DNA of 64,000 bases from Candidatus Brocadiia bacterium. Its GTDB lineage: Bacteria > Planctomycetota > Brocadiia > CAIUPP01. The position numbers were made by a program, and so were the translations under genes. The DNA lies in the NCBI GenBank assembly GCA_050015075.1, contig JBEKCB010000009.1:32001-96000 (forward strand), read 5' to 3'. The first letter of the stretch is position 1. Each line of letters starts with the position of its first letter. Below, piece by piece: positions 20,127 through 28,561 of this stretch. Under the pieces are notes generated by a model, which saw only the letters and a list, made by a program, of their open reading frames with translations, was not told the DNA's origin and ran no database searches.

Positions 20127-20677
20127 AGGCCGCGCATATCCTGCTCGGCGTCACCGGCAGCATCGCGGCCTTCAAGGCCGCCGACCTGACCGCCGGCCTC
20201 ACCAAGGACGGCGCGGAGGTCACCGTCATCATGACGGAGTCCGCGCAGCGTTTCGTCGCGCCGCTGACGTTCGAGACGCTCGCGCGCCGGCCGGTGATCA
20301 CCAGCATGTGGACCCGCACGGCCGAGGTCGGGCCGGTCCACGTCGAACTGGCCGACTGGGCCGACCTGCTCGTCGTCGCGCCGGCGAGCGCCAACTTCAT
20401 CGGCAAGCTCGCCCACGGCATCGCCGACGACATGCTCTCGTGCATGGCGATCACCATGACGCGTCCGCCGCTCATCGCGCCGGCCATGAACGACAACATG
20501 TACCGCCACCCGGCCGTGCAGGAGAACATCCGCACGCTGCGCCGCCGCGGCTGCACGTTCATCGGCCCCGTCGTCGGCCGCCTGGCCAGCGGCAAAATCG
20601 CGCTCGGCCGGCTCTCCAGCGTGGAGGACATCCTCTCCGCAATCCGCCGCGCGCTGAAAACCAGCGGGCGGAAATAG
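20123..20677 (+). CDS. coaC: Phosphopantothenoylcysteine decarboxylase (stand-alone CoaC)
   Basis: GVTGSIAAFK, HVELA, APASANFIGK, APAMN. Confidence 0.9.
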   Translation: MKAAHILLGVTGSIAAFKAADLTAGLTKDGAEVTVIMTESAQRFVAPLTFETLARRPVITSMWTRTAEVGPVHVELADWADLLVVAPASANFIGKLAHGIADDMLSCMAITMTRPPLIAPAMNDNMYRHPAVQENIRTLRRRGCTFIGPVVGRLASGKIALGRLSSVEDILSAIRRALKTSGRK

Positions 20678-20679
20678 AT

Positions 20680-20772
20680 ATCGTCCTCGTCCTCGCTCTC
20701 GTCCTCGTCCTCGGTCGTAACTAACAGCGGTTCGAGGACGACGACGAGGACGAGTATGAGGACGAGGACGAT
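20680..20772. repeat. GTCCTC/GAGGAC palindromic repeat element, copy 2 (reverse orientation)
   Basis: Loop reads TCGAACCGCTGTTAGTTACGACCGAGG on the minus strand. Confidence 0.9.
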
Positions 20773-20790
20773 GGATTTCTGAGGCGACCT

Positions 20791-21432
20791 ATGCGCTTCA
20801 TCGTCACCGCAGGCCCCACTCGCGAGTACCTCGACGACGTGCGCTTCCTGACGAACGCCTCGAGCGGGCGGATGGGCTATGCCGTCGCCCGGATGGCGGC
20901 GCGGCGCGGGCACAGCGTGGACCTCCTCACCGGCCCGGTGGCGCTGAGGGCGCCGTCCGGCGTGCGGGTCCACCGCGCAATCAGCACTCAGGAGATGTAC
21001 GAGGCGGCGAAGAAACTTTTCCCGCGCGCGGACTGCCTCATCGGCGCGGCGGCCCCGGCCGACTTCACGCCCGTCCGCCGGATCAAGGGAAAAGCGAAGA
21101 AAGCCGACGCGTCCCTCGTGCTGCAACTGAAGCCGACGGTGGACATCCTCGCCACGCTCGGCCGCGCGAAGAGCCGTCAGGTCATCATCGCCTTCGCGCT
21201 CGAAGTGCAGAGCCCGCTGAAGAACGCTCGGCTGAAACTGCGCCGCAAGAACGCCGACGCCATCGTCCTGAACTCGCCCGCCGCCATCGGCGCGCCCCGC
21301 TCCGACGCGACGATCCTCCTCCGCAGCGGCGCGCGACTGGAAGTCAAGCAGGCCACCAAGCAACGCCTCGGCCGCATCCTCGTCGGCCTGGCAGAATCAT
21401 TGCGCGCAACGGCGCGCGACGATGGACGATAG
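20791..21432 (+). CDS. coaB: Phosphopantothenate-cysteine ligase (stand-alone CoaB)
   Basis: VTAGPTREYLDDVRFLTNASSGRMG, AAAPADF, FALE. Confidence 0.9.
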   Translation: MRFIVTAGPTREYLDDVRFLTNASSGRMGYAVARMAARRGHSVDLLTGPVALRAPSGVRVHRAISTQEMYEAAKKLFPRADCLIGAAAPADFTPVRRIKGKAKKADASLVLQLKPTVDILATLGRAKSRQVIIAFALEVQSPLKNARLKLRRKNADAIVLNSPAAIGAPRSDATILLRSGARLEVKQATKQRLGRILVGLAESLRATARDDGR

Positions 21433-21568
21433 ACCATCGGCGACGGACCATCGTCCTCGTCGTCGTCCTCCGCCCTCGTCCTCGTCCTCCGCCCTCGTCC
21501 TCGTCCTCGTCCTCGTCGTCGTCCTCGTCCTCGAACCGCCGTTAGTTACGACCGAGGACGAGGACGAT
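21418..21568. repeat. GACGATG-type heptamers plus GTCCTC/GAGGAC element, copy 3
   Basis: Loop TCGAACCGCCGTTAGTTACGACCGAGG; long TCGTCC arm. Confidence 0.9.
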
Positions 21569-21634
21569 CTAGCGCGGGCGACGCCATTTCTGCTATCCGC
21601 CGCGTTTCCCCGTTTCTCTTGCGCCTCTTCGCGG

Positions 21635-22309
21635 CTAAACTTTTTTCAGCCGTCCCCGCGCGCGGCGGGCTTCATCCTCGGCGATCCACGATTTCGCGAG
21701 CGCCTCGACTTCGGCCGGCGCGAGGTCGGTCGGTCCGCCGATCGCGCGCCGCCGCAACGACGCGGCGATGTAGATCGAAATCCCGGCGGCGACGGAGACG
21801 TTCAGGCTCTGCGAGAAGCCGGGCATCGGCAACTGGTATCGCCCGTCGCACGCCGCGAGCAACTCGTCGGAAAGCCCGGCGTGCTCGCCGCCGAAGACCA
21901 GCGCCACCTTGCGCCCGAAATCCAGCGCCTCGATCGGCTGCGCCGCGCGGTCGGGCACCGCCGCCCACAGGCCGAAGCCCTGCTGGTGCAGCGCCCCGGC
22001 GCACGCCGCGCCGTCGGCATGCGCGTGAAGCTCCAGCCATTTCTCGCAGCCGCAGGTGATCGCGCGGTTGAGCGGCAGATCTTCCATCGCGCCGACCAGG
22101 TGAACGTGCTGCACGCCGAACCCCTCGCACGAGCGCAGGACGGCGCTGATGTTGTGCGGATCGTGGACGCCGTCGAGCACCACGCGCACGCCGCCGAGCC
22201 GCCGGCCGGCCACCAGCCGCATCCGCGCGGGCCGGCGCTCCTCTTCCGGGATGTCCGGCGGCAAGTCCTCCGGAACGGGCGCTCGACCGGATGATCGTTT
22301 CGTCGCCAA
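21635..22309 (-). CDS. TrmH/SpoU-family RNA 2'-O-methyltransferase
   Basis: DPHNISAVLRSCEGFG, FGGEHAGLS, MPGFSQSLNVSVAA. Confidence 0.92.
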   Translation of the reverse strand: MATKRSSGRAPVPEDLPPDIPEEERRPARMRLVAGRRLGGVRVVLDGVHDPHNISAVLRSCEGFGVQHVHLVGAMEDLPLNRAITCGCEKWLELHAHADGAACAGALHQQGFGLWAAVPDRAAQPIEALDFGRKVALVFGGEHAGLSDELLAACDGRYQLPMPGFSQSLNVSVAAGISIYIAASLRRRAIGGPTDLAPAEVEALAKSWIAEDEARRARGRLKKV

Positions 22310-22452
22310 ATTCGGACCGCTTATGGAAGAACCCGGACAGGGTCAGCGCGCCGGCATCCTGCCGCCGGTAATAATGCAGTGCCCCCGAAATAACATACGT
22401 AAGTCCAGCCAGCGTCATGTCGCGCGCAGTACGCTGCGCGCTCTGGCTGCTC

Positions 22453-22501
22453 GTAGTGTGCCCGTAAGGGCATACGACGTAGCGCCTGACGGCGCCACTA
22501 C
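22453..22501. repeat. GTAG-type REP doublet in inverted orientation (REPIN-like)
   Basis: GTAGTGTGCCCGTAAGGGCATAC, and GTAGTGGCGCCGTCAGGCGCTAC on the minus strand. Confidence 0.55.
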
Positions 22502-23607
22502 AAGCGCTGGAAACTGCCGATGCGGGCGCGGCGGTTGCCCTGGATTTTCCTGACGGCGGATTCGAACGCGGCGACCTCGCTCTTCGTCGTCAGCGCGCCC
22601 AGTTCCAGATCGTACTGCACCGTTTCGCCGGGCTTGAGCATCCTCAGCCGCCCTTCGGCGCGCTCCTTCGCGCGGCCATGGACCGAGTTCGTGGCCGGCT
22701 CGACGCCGACGACGTACGTGCCCTTGCCCAACTGCTTCCACTCGATCAGGTGCGGCAACTGCGTCTTGCGGTACACCACGTAGCCGCCGAATCCGAGCGC
22801 CGGGTTCACGATGCCGGCCATCGTCCGTCCGCCCGCCGTGGCGACGTCGTGGTGGTACACCTTCTCGCGGTACCCGGCGACCGGCGCGTGGAAGGAGGCG
22901 TACTCCGCCTTGCCGTCCTCCGCGTCGGCGTCGCGCGGCGTCACGCACAGGCTCGGCGAGACGAGCCGCGAGCCCGCGTCCACCACCGGGAAGCCGAAAT
23001 TGATGTGATAGAGCAACATGTGCGGCGCGGGCTTGTCGTCGAGGTTCGTCACTTCATCGTGCACGTACAGCTTGTTCTGGCCGAGGAACGCGAAGATCGA
23101 GCGCGTCAGGCACAGGCACGGGCCGAAGACCTTGCATTCCATCACCTTCCCGCGGACGCCGACGACGTAGTCGTCGCCCTTCCAGCCGCTGATCGTCCGC
23201 ACCTCCTGCGCGGGAGTATTCGAGATGCGGCCGTGGAGGCCCAGCGGCACGCCCTCGTCCACGCACGGCGCGCCGAAGTGCGTCAGCCCGCACGTGCAGA
23301 CCAGCCCGCCGAAGAACCCGCGCAGCCACTCGAGCCCTTCGGGCTGATAGAATTCCGGCGCCGTATCGCCCGCGCACGACCGCCAGCAGAGCGACCGGCC
23401 GTTGTGCTCCGCCGCGCTCACGTCCAGCGCGCGGTCGGCGAGCACGGTGAAGCGGAATCCCGACCCGGTGCTCAGCTCGATGGCGGCGACGCCTTTCGCC
23501 CGGCCTTCGGTCAGCGTGTGTGGCCGCACCGTGGCGATCTGCGAAGGGTCGCCGATACGCTCGAGGAGCTGCCTGCGCGTCCAGCTCCGGCCGAAGAGCC
23601 ATGCCAT
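22498..23607 (-). CDS. Aldose 1-epimerase-like protein (DUF4432 type)
   Basis: WLRGFFGGLVCTCGL, LHGRISN, LYHINFG, GVEP. Confidence 0.85.
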   Translation of the reverse strand: MAWLFGRSWTRRQLLERIGDPSQIATVRPHTLTEGRAKGVAAIELSTGSGFRFTVLADRALDVSAAEHNGRSLCWRSCAGDTAPEFYQPEGLEWLRGFFGGLVCTCGLTHFGAPCVDEGVPLGLHGRISNTPAQEVRTISGWKGDDYVVGVRGKVMECKVFGPCLCLTRSIFAFLGQNKLYVHDEVTNLDDKPAPHMLLYHINFGFPVVDAGSRLVSPSLCVTPRDADAEDGKAEYASFHAPVAGYREKVYHHDVATAGGRTMAGIVNPALGFGGYVVYRKTQLPHLIEWKQLGKGTYVVGVEPATNSVHGRAKERAEGRLRMLKPGETVQYDLELGALTTKSEVAAFESAVRKIQGNRRARIGSFQRL

Positions 23608-23852
23608 GGCGATTCTCCTTTTGATGGAACGCGCGCTGTGAACGCCCGCCGTTCAGTCGGCAAGGTAGCGACCCGCGCCACAACTGTCAAGCCGAGACCG
23701 CCTCCGGCTGAAATCCTGCGGAAAAATCCGGATTCTCCTTGACAGGCTCGCGCGGGTGGGCTATCTATTACGGAAGAGGTATTCGGCCGCTGGCGGAGGA
23801 AGAAACGCGGAATTTATCGCCGATTTCGCGGCGGAATGCAAGGAGGCGCTCC

Positions 23853-24248
23853 GTGGCGACGATCCTGCTGGTCGAGGACGACCTCAACGAGTGCGTGCTG
23901 TATGAGCGCGAACTCGGCGAACAAGGGCACAACATCCTGATCGCGCACAACGGCCCGCAGGCGCTGGCGATGTGCGAAGACGCCAAGCCCGACCTGGTCG
24001 TCATGGACGTCAGCATGCCGGGGATGGACGGGATTGACGTGATGGGCCGCATGCTGTGCAGGAACCACAAGCTGCCGATCATCCTCAACACCGCGTACGC
24101 GTCGTACAAGGAAGATTTCCGCTCGTGGGCCGCGGACGCTTACGTCGTCAAGTCCGCCGACCTCACCGAGTTGAAGCAGACGGTCAAGCACGTTCTGGAG
24201 ACGCGCCGGCAGGGCGCCGAGCCGAAGCCCGGCGGCGCGAAGGGGTGA
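23853..24248 (+). CDS. Single-domain response regulator
   Basis: ILLVEDD, DLVVMDVSMPGMDG, YVVKS; AGGAGG RBS before the GTG. Confidence 0.9.
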   Translation: MATILLVEDDLNECVLYERELGEQGHNILIAHNGPQALAMCEDAKPDLVVMDVSMPGMDGIDVMGRMLCRNHKLPIILNTAYASYKEDFRSWAADAYVVKSADLTELKQTVKHVLETRRQGAEPKPGGAKG

Positions 24249-24418
24249 GATGCAGGAATCGAGCGCGTCGGACCAGGGCAGTCCTTCCATGGACCCATGG
24301 ATGAAGGCATCATCAACACGCCCGCTGAGCCATGCGCTCGGTTCCTGCGTCGCCTGCCGAAGTTAATCCTTTCCTTTGCCGACCTATTACCTGATCAGGA
24401 GAGGACTCTGGGCGAGAC

Positions 24419-24447
24419 TTGAAAGCTTGAAGCCAGAGGGGTAGTAT
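24419..24447 (+). promoter_or_regulatory. Sigma70-type promoter, probably giving a leaderless transcript
   Basis: TTGAAA-17bp-TAGTAT, ending 7 bp before the first codon at 24454. Confidence 0.55.
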
Positions 24448-24453
24448 CGTGTC

Positions 24454-24702
24454 CTGAGTCCAACGCTATTCACGTGGAAAGGGTACCGGTTCTTCTTCTT
24501 TTCGCGCGAAGAGCCACGTCCTCATGTTCACGTCACTTGTGCCGACGGTGAAGCGAAATTTTGGTTGGGGCCAGCCGTTTCCCTGGCGAAGAACTACAGA
24601 CTGTCAGGGTCGGAAGTGTCAAAGTTGAAGAAGGTGGTGGAGGAAAAGAAAGATGAGATCGTCCGTGCCTGGAACGACCGCTTCCAAGGTCGAAGTCACT
24701 AA
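24454..24702 (+). CDS. DUF4160-family protein (absent from the ORF track; CTG in the start position)
   Basis: Hand translation LSPTLFTWKGYRFFFFSREEPRPHVHV...EAKFWL...EIVRAWNDRF. Confidence 0.8.
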   Translation: MSPTLFTWKGYRFFFFSREEPRPHVHVTCADGEAKFWLGPAVSLAKNYRLSGSEVSKLKKVVEEKKDEIVRAWNDRFQGRSH

Positions 24703-24946
24703 CGTCGGCTCGTTCGGCCTGTGGATTCTCCTCCAAGGGAAGGAATATTTCCTGCCCTATGAACAATATCCCTGGTTCAGGGAAGCCCGGATCGCCGACG
24801 TCCTGAACGTCGCTCTTGTGCATGAGGATCATCTGCACTGGCCGGCGCTGGATGTTGACCTTTGCGTCGAGTCACTGGATCACCCCGAAGACTTCCCTCT
24901 GATTTACAGAGACCGCGCCGCCGCATCCAAACGCCGCGCCAAGTAG
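24665..24946 (+). CDS. DUF2442-family protein (partner of DUF4160; putative TA pair)
   Basis: VEVTNV..GLWILL..KEYFLPYEQYPWF..LHWPALDVDL..HPEDFPL. Confidence 0.85.
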   Translation: MPGTTASKVEVTNVGSFGLWILLQGKEYFLPYEQYPWFREARIADVLNVALVHEDHLHWPALDVDLCVESLDHPEDFPLIYRDRAAASKRRAK

Positions 24947-25024
24947 ACCGCGCTGCGATTCTCAGCCGCAGAGTACCCCTAGCGATATTTCGATTTTCAG
25001 GCTTGACATGGATGCGAGGGAATA

Positions 25025-25042
25025 TTACTCTGTAATGCAGAG
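25025..25042. promoter_or_regulatory. Palindromic operator overlapping the promoter of the membrane protein/wHTH operon
   Basis: ACTCTG-TAATG-CAGAGT downstream of TTGACA (25003), followed by a half-site CTCTGTAA. Confidence 0.55.
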
Positions 25043-25088
25043 TGCTCTGTAAGCTCCCGTCGGCCAGCATAATTTGGAGGCCACTGTG

Positions 25089-25727
25089 ATGGAAATTTCT
25101 TCGGAGGAGGCCCGGGAATCACTGGCGCAGGCGCAGGATGCGGCCGCGCGCACGCGGAAGCTGCTGGCCTGTCGCGGGGCGGATGCGCTGTTTGTGGTCT
25201 GGGGCTTGGTCTGGTTCCTGGGTTACCTGGGAACTGACTTAGCGCCCCGGCTGCTGGCGCTCGGGAAAGGCGGCGAGGACCGCGGAGAGACGGCCGTCTG
25301 GATCGTGAACGGGATATGGCTCGCCCTGATCGCTCTCGGCATCGTGGTTTCTGTCGCCGTGTGGAAACGACGCTCGCCGACGAAGACGAGCAGCGGAGCG
25401 CGGTTGGGCTGGTTCTGGCTGCTGCTTTACGTCTATGTGAGTGTCTGGATCTTCCTCCTCTGGCCGTTCATCAAGGTCGAGGGCGCAGCGGAATCCGTTC
25501 GGTTCGGGCGGCACATGGGCGCCATCGAAGCGACGGTGCCGATGTTCGCATACGTGGTGATGGGACTCTGGCTCGACCACTTCATGATCTGGATAGGACT
25601 CGCCATAACCGGGCTGACGGTGCTCGGCCTGTTTCTGGCACCGGCCTGGTTCTGGATCTGGATGGCGGTAATGGGCGGCGGCTCGCTCGTCAGTACCGGC
25701 TTTTTGATCCGCAACCGCTGGAGGTAG
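25089..25727 (+). CDS. Integral membrane protein
   Basis: About 6 hydrophobic helices; GGAGG RBS; directly upstream of a wHTH regulator. Confidence 0.8.
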   Translation: MEISSEEARESLAQAQDAAARTRKLLACRGADALFVVWGLVWFLGYLGTDLAPRLLALGKGGEDRGETAVWIVNGIWLALIALGIVVSVAVWKRRSPTKTSSGARLGWFWLLLYVYVSVWIFLLWPFIKVEGAAESVRFGRHMGAIEATVPMFAYVVMGLWLDHFMIWIGLAITGLTVLGLFLAPAWFWIWMAVMGGGSLVSTGFLIRNRWR

Positions 25728-25729
25728 CC

Positions 25730-26023
25730 ATGGGCCGCATTGACGAGGTTATACACCAGTCGCTGCGCTTGCAAATCATGGCGTCGCTGATCACTCTCGA
25801 TCCGCGGCAGTCGGTGGATTTCGTTTATCTGCGCGACCTGCTCAAAGCCACAGACGGCAATCTCGGCGCGCATCTGGAGAAACTGGAGGCGGCAGGCTAC
25901 GTGAAGATCGAGAAGACTTTCGTCGCGCGAAAACCGCGCACGTTCGTTTCGGCCACAGCGAAAGGGCGCACGGCGTTCGAGGAGCACGTGGCGGCGCTCA
26001 AGACGATTCTGAACATGAAGTGA
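25730..26023 (+). CDS. Winged-helix transcriptional regulator (HTH_34/ArsR-like)
   Basis: DEVIHQSLRLQIM..ATDGNLGAHLEKLEAAGYV..KPRT. Confidence 0.9.
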   Translation: MGRIDEVIHQSLRLQIMASLITLDPRQSVDFVYLRDLLKATDGNLGAHLEKLEAAGYVKIEKTFVARKPRTFVSATAKGRTAFEEHVAALKTILNMK

Positions 26024-26161
26024 CGCTGCTCGAGGCAGTCATTTCCAGCTTGACTATCGCAGCCGTTCGTTGTGACTATTCGCGGGACATCAAACCTATT
26101 TGGCAGCCCGGCTTCAAAGCGTGAAGGACACGCGTGGCCATCTCGTAACTCCAACATGCCC

Positions 26162-26267
26162 CTCCGGCTCCTCTTTCCGATCAGGCGCGCGAGGGTTGGG
26201 TCTGGGCGTATCGTTTCACAAGTCAGCCGAAAAACCGCTTGGCGACGGACAACTGTTACAGTACACT
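26162..26267 (+). repeat. Promoter-bearing repeat, copy A
   Basis: CTCCGGCTCCTCTTTCCGATCAGGCGCGCG (29/30 match to copy B), ending in TTGGCG-17-TACACT. Confidence 0.75.
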
Positions 26268-26321
26268 CTCGCCTTTAAAAGCGAGCCCTCCTTCGGAGAA
26301 CGGTCAAATGGGAAATCCCGG

Positions 26322-28253
26322 ATGAAGCGACCCATGACATCCGACAACCGCGCCGCAGCACCACAGACCCTCTGGGTTATGCTGGCCTGCGCGTGGATTC
26401 TGGTCGTCGCGGTCGTGGTTTGGGCGAACGGCCTGAAAGGCCCTTTCATCTTTGACGATCTCATCGCGATCCGAGACAATCCGACCCTCCGCCATTTTCC
26501 CGCCTGGGAGAATTTCGTCCCGCCGCATGAGAACTCGCTCTCCAGGAGGCCGGTTGTAAACCTCACGCTCGCGCTCAACTACGCCATCGGCGGCCTCGAC
26601 GTGCGCGGGTTTCACGCCGGGAATCTGCTCATCCATCTGCTGACGGCGCTGCTGCTCCTCGGCATCGTCCGCCGCACGTTGAACGAATTGACGATGGACC
26701 CCGGACGACGGACGATGGTCCATGCTCCCTCGTCCATCATCGCCGTTTCGTTTGCCGTGGCGCTCATCTGGGCGGTCCATCCCTTGCTGACCGAACCGAT
26801 GGACTACTTGACTCAGCGCACCGAACTGCTCATGGGCCTCTTTTTTCTGCTCACCCTGTATTGCGCGGTCCGCGGCGCGTCCAGCGGGCATCCCCGGCGA
26901 TGGCACGCAGCCGCCATCGCCGCCTGCGCCCTGGGCATGGGCTCCAAAGAAGTCATGGCCGCCGCCCCGGTCATCGTCCTGCTGTACGACCGATGCTTCC
27001 TGTCCGGCTCGTTCCGGGAGGCGTTGCGCCGGCGCCTCTCCTTGTATCTCGGACTGGCCGCCACCTGGGCGATCCTCGGTGCGCTGATGATCGCATATCC
27101 CTGGGGCGGCGGAACCGGCGCCGGGTTGGGCCTGGTGGGGATCGGACCGTGGGAATACGTGCGCACGCAGCCGGGCGTCATTCTGAACTACCTGCGGCTG
27201 AGCTTCTGGCCGAGTTCGCTGTGCCTGGACTATGGCTGGCCGATCGCGACGAGCGCAGGGCAGATTTTCCCGGCGGCGGCCGTCATCGCGGCGATGCTCG
27301 GCGCGACGTTGTGGGCGCTGAGCCGGAGGCCGGCGTTCGGATTCCTGGGCGCGTGGTTTTTCCTGATCCTGGCGCCCACCTCGACTTTCGTGCCGATCGC
27401 CGACGCGGCGGCCGAGCGCCGGATGTACCTGCCGCTGGCGGCCATCGTGACGTCCTGCGTCCTTGCGGCCTATTGGCTCGGCGACCAATTGGTCCGCCAC
27501 GTGGCCGAAGACGTCGGGACGCGCAAACTCCTCGGAAGAGTCCTGGCGGCTCTGGCGCTCCTCCTTGTAACGGCCGCACTGGGCTATCGGACGTTCGAGC
27601 GGAACGCGCTTTACCGCGACGCGATTTCCATCTGGCAGGATACGGTCACCCAGCGCCCTCGGAATGCGCGCGCGTGGGGCAATCTGGGCATGTGTTACGT
27701 TGATGCCGGCCTTCCTGGCGAGGCCGTGCCATGCTTCAGCCAAGCCATCGAATTGAAGCGGGACAACTCCACGGCGTACAGCAACCGAGGGAGCGCCTTC
27801 ATCCACAATGACCGCGGCATCGCCTTCGCCAGGATGAACCGCCTCGACGAAGCGGTCCAGGACTACGACACGGCCATTGCCCTGAACCCGGATTATGCCG
27901 AGGCATACGTCAACCGTGGCGCCGCCTATGCGGACTCCAACCGTTTCAATGAGGCCCTCCAGGACTATAGCCGGGCTGTTGCGCTGCAGCCCGATAACGC
28001 TCGCGCCTACAGCAACCGCGCTGTGGTGGGCCTGCGCACCGGCCGCTTCAATGAAGCCCTGTCCGATTGCGACAAGGCCATCGCGCTGCAACCTGACTAC
28101 GCCAATGCCTACCTTAACCGCGCTTACGGCCGGTACCTGGTGAAAGAGTTCGACAAAGCCCTCGCCGACTTGAACACCTGTGTGCAACTGGGCGGCAAGC
28201 CGGATCCTGAATTTATCGGGAAGGTTCTGCAAGCCGCCGGACAGGCGAAATAA
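26322..28253 (+). CDS. TMTC-like multi-pass membrane protein with C-terminal TPRs (putative GT-C glycosyltransferase)
   Basis: FIFDD, RPV, HP, KE, AERRMYLP motifs; TPR repeats (AYSNRG, AYVNRG). Confidence 0.85.
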   Translation: MKRPMTSDNRAAAPQTLWVMLACAWILVVAVVVWANGLKGPFIFDDLIAIRDNPTLRHFPAWENFVPPHENSLSRRPVVNLTLALNYAIGGLDVRGFHAGNLLIHLLTALLLLGIVRRTLNELTMDPGRRTMVHAPSSIIAVSFAVALIWAVHPLLTEPMDYLTQRTELLMGLFFLLTLYCAVRGASSGHPRRWHAAAIAACALGMGSKEVMAAAPVIVLLYDRCFLSGSFREALRRRLSLYLGLAATWAILGALMIAYPWGGGTGAGLGLVGIGPWEYVRTQPGVILNYLRLSFWPSSLCLDYGWPIATSAGQIFPAAAVIAAMLGATLWALSRRPAFGFLGAWFFLILAPTSTFVPIADAAAERRMYLPLAAIVTSCVLAAYWLGDQLVRHVAEDVGTRKLLGRVLAALALLLVTAALGYRTFERNALYRDAISIWQDTVTQRPRNARAWGNLGMCYVDAGLPGEAVPCFSQAIELKRDNSTAYSNRGSAFIHNDRGIAFARMNRLDEAVQDYDTAIALNPDYAEAYVNRGAAYADSNRFNEALQDYSRAVALQPDNARAYSNRAVVGLRTGRFNEALSDCDKAIALQPDYANAYLNRAYGRYLVKEFDKALADLNTCVQLGGKPDPEFIGKVLQAAGQAK

Positions 28254-28336
28254 GGCGAACCTGGTCACCCTCCACACGCCCCGTATCGCCATAGACACGC
28301 TCCTCGGAAAAGGTCCGGTTCGCCGTAACGTGCTAG

Positions 28337-28462
28337 ATGGCCGGCCAAATAGGTCGGTTGACAAACCGCTCCGGCTCCTCTTTCCAATCAGGCGCGCGTG
28401 GGCGTATTGTTATCCAGAACGGCCGAGAAACAACTTGACGGTGGGCACGCTTTGAGTACAAT
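28337..28462 (+). repeat. Promoter-bearing repeat, copy B
   Basis: 54-bp core with 53/54 identity to copy C; TTGACG-16-TACAAT. Confidence 0.85.
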
Positions 28463-28561
28463 ACTGTCGCCGCGAACGACAGCCGAAGGCGCAAAAGCCG
28501 CCGCAAGGCGTTAATTCTTAAAGCTCCTGACCTCTTTATATGCCGCACGGGAATACTGGGG

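Noticed and set aside
28337-28390. Repeat core as a tRNA, tmRNA or RNase P fragment (CCA ends on both strands)
   Set aside because: No TTCGA T-loop or cloverleaf; only a 5-bp hairpin CGGTT-GACA-AACCG.
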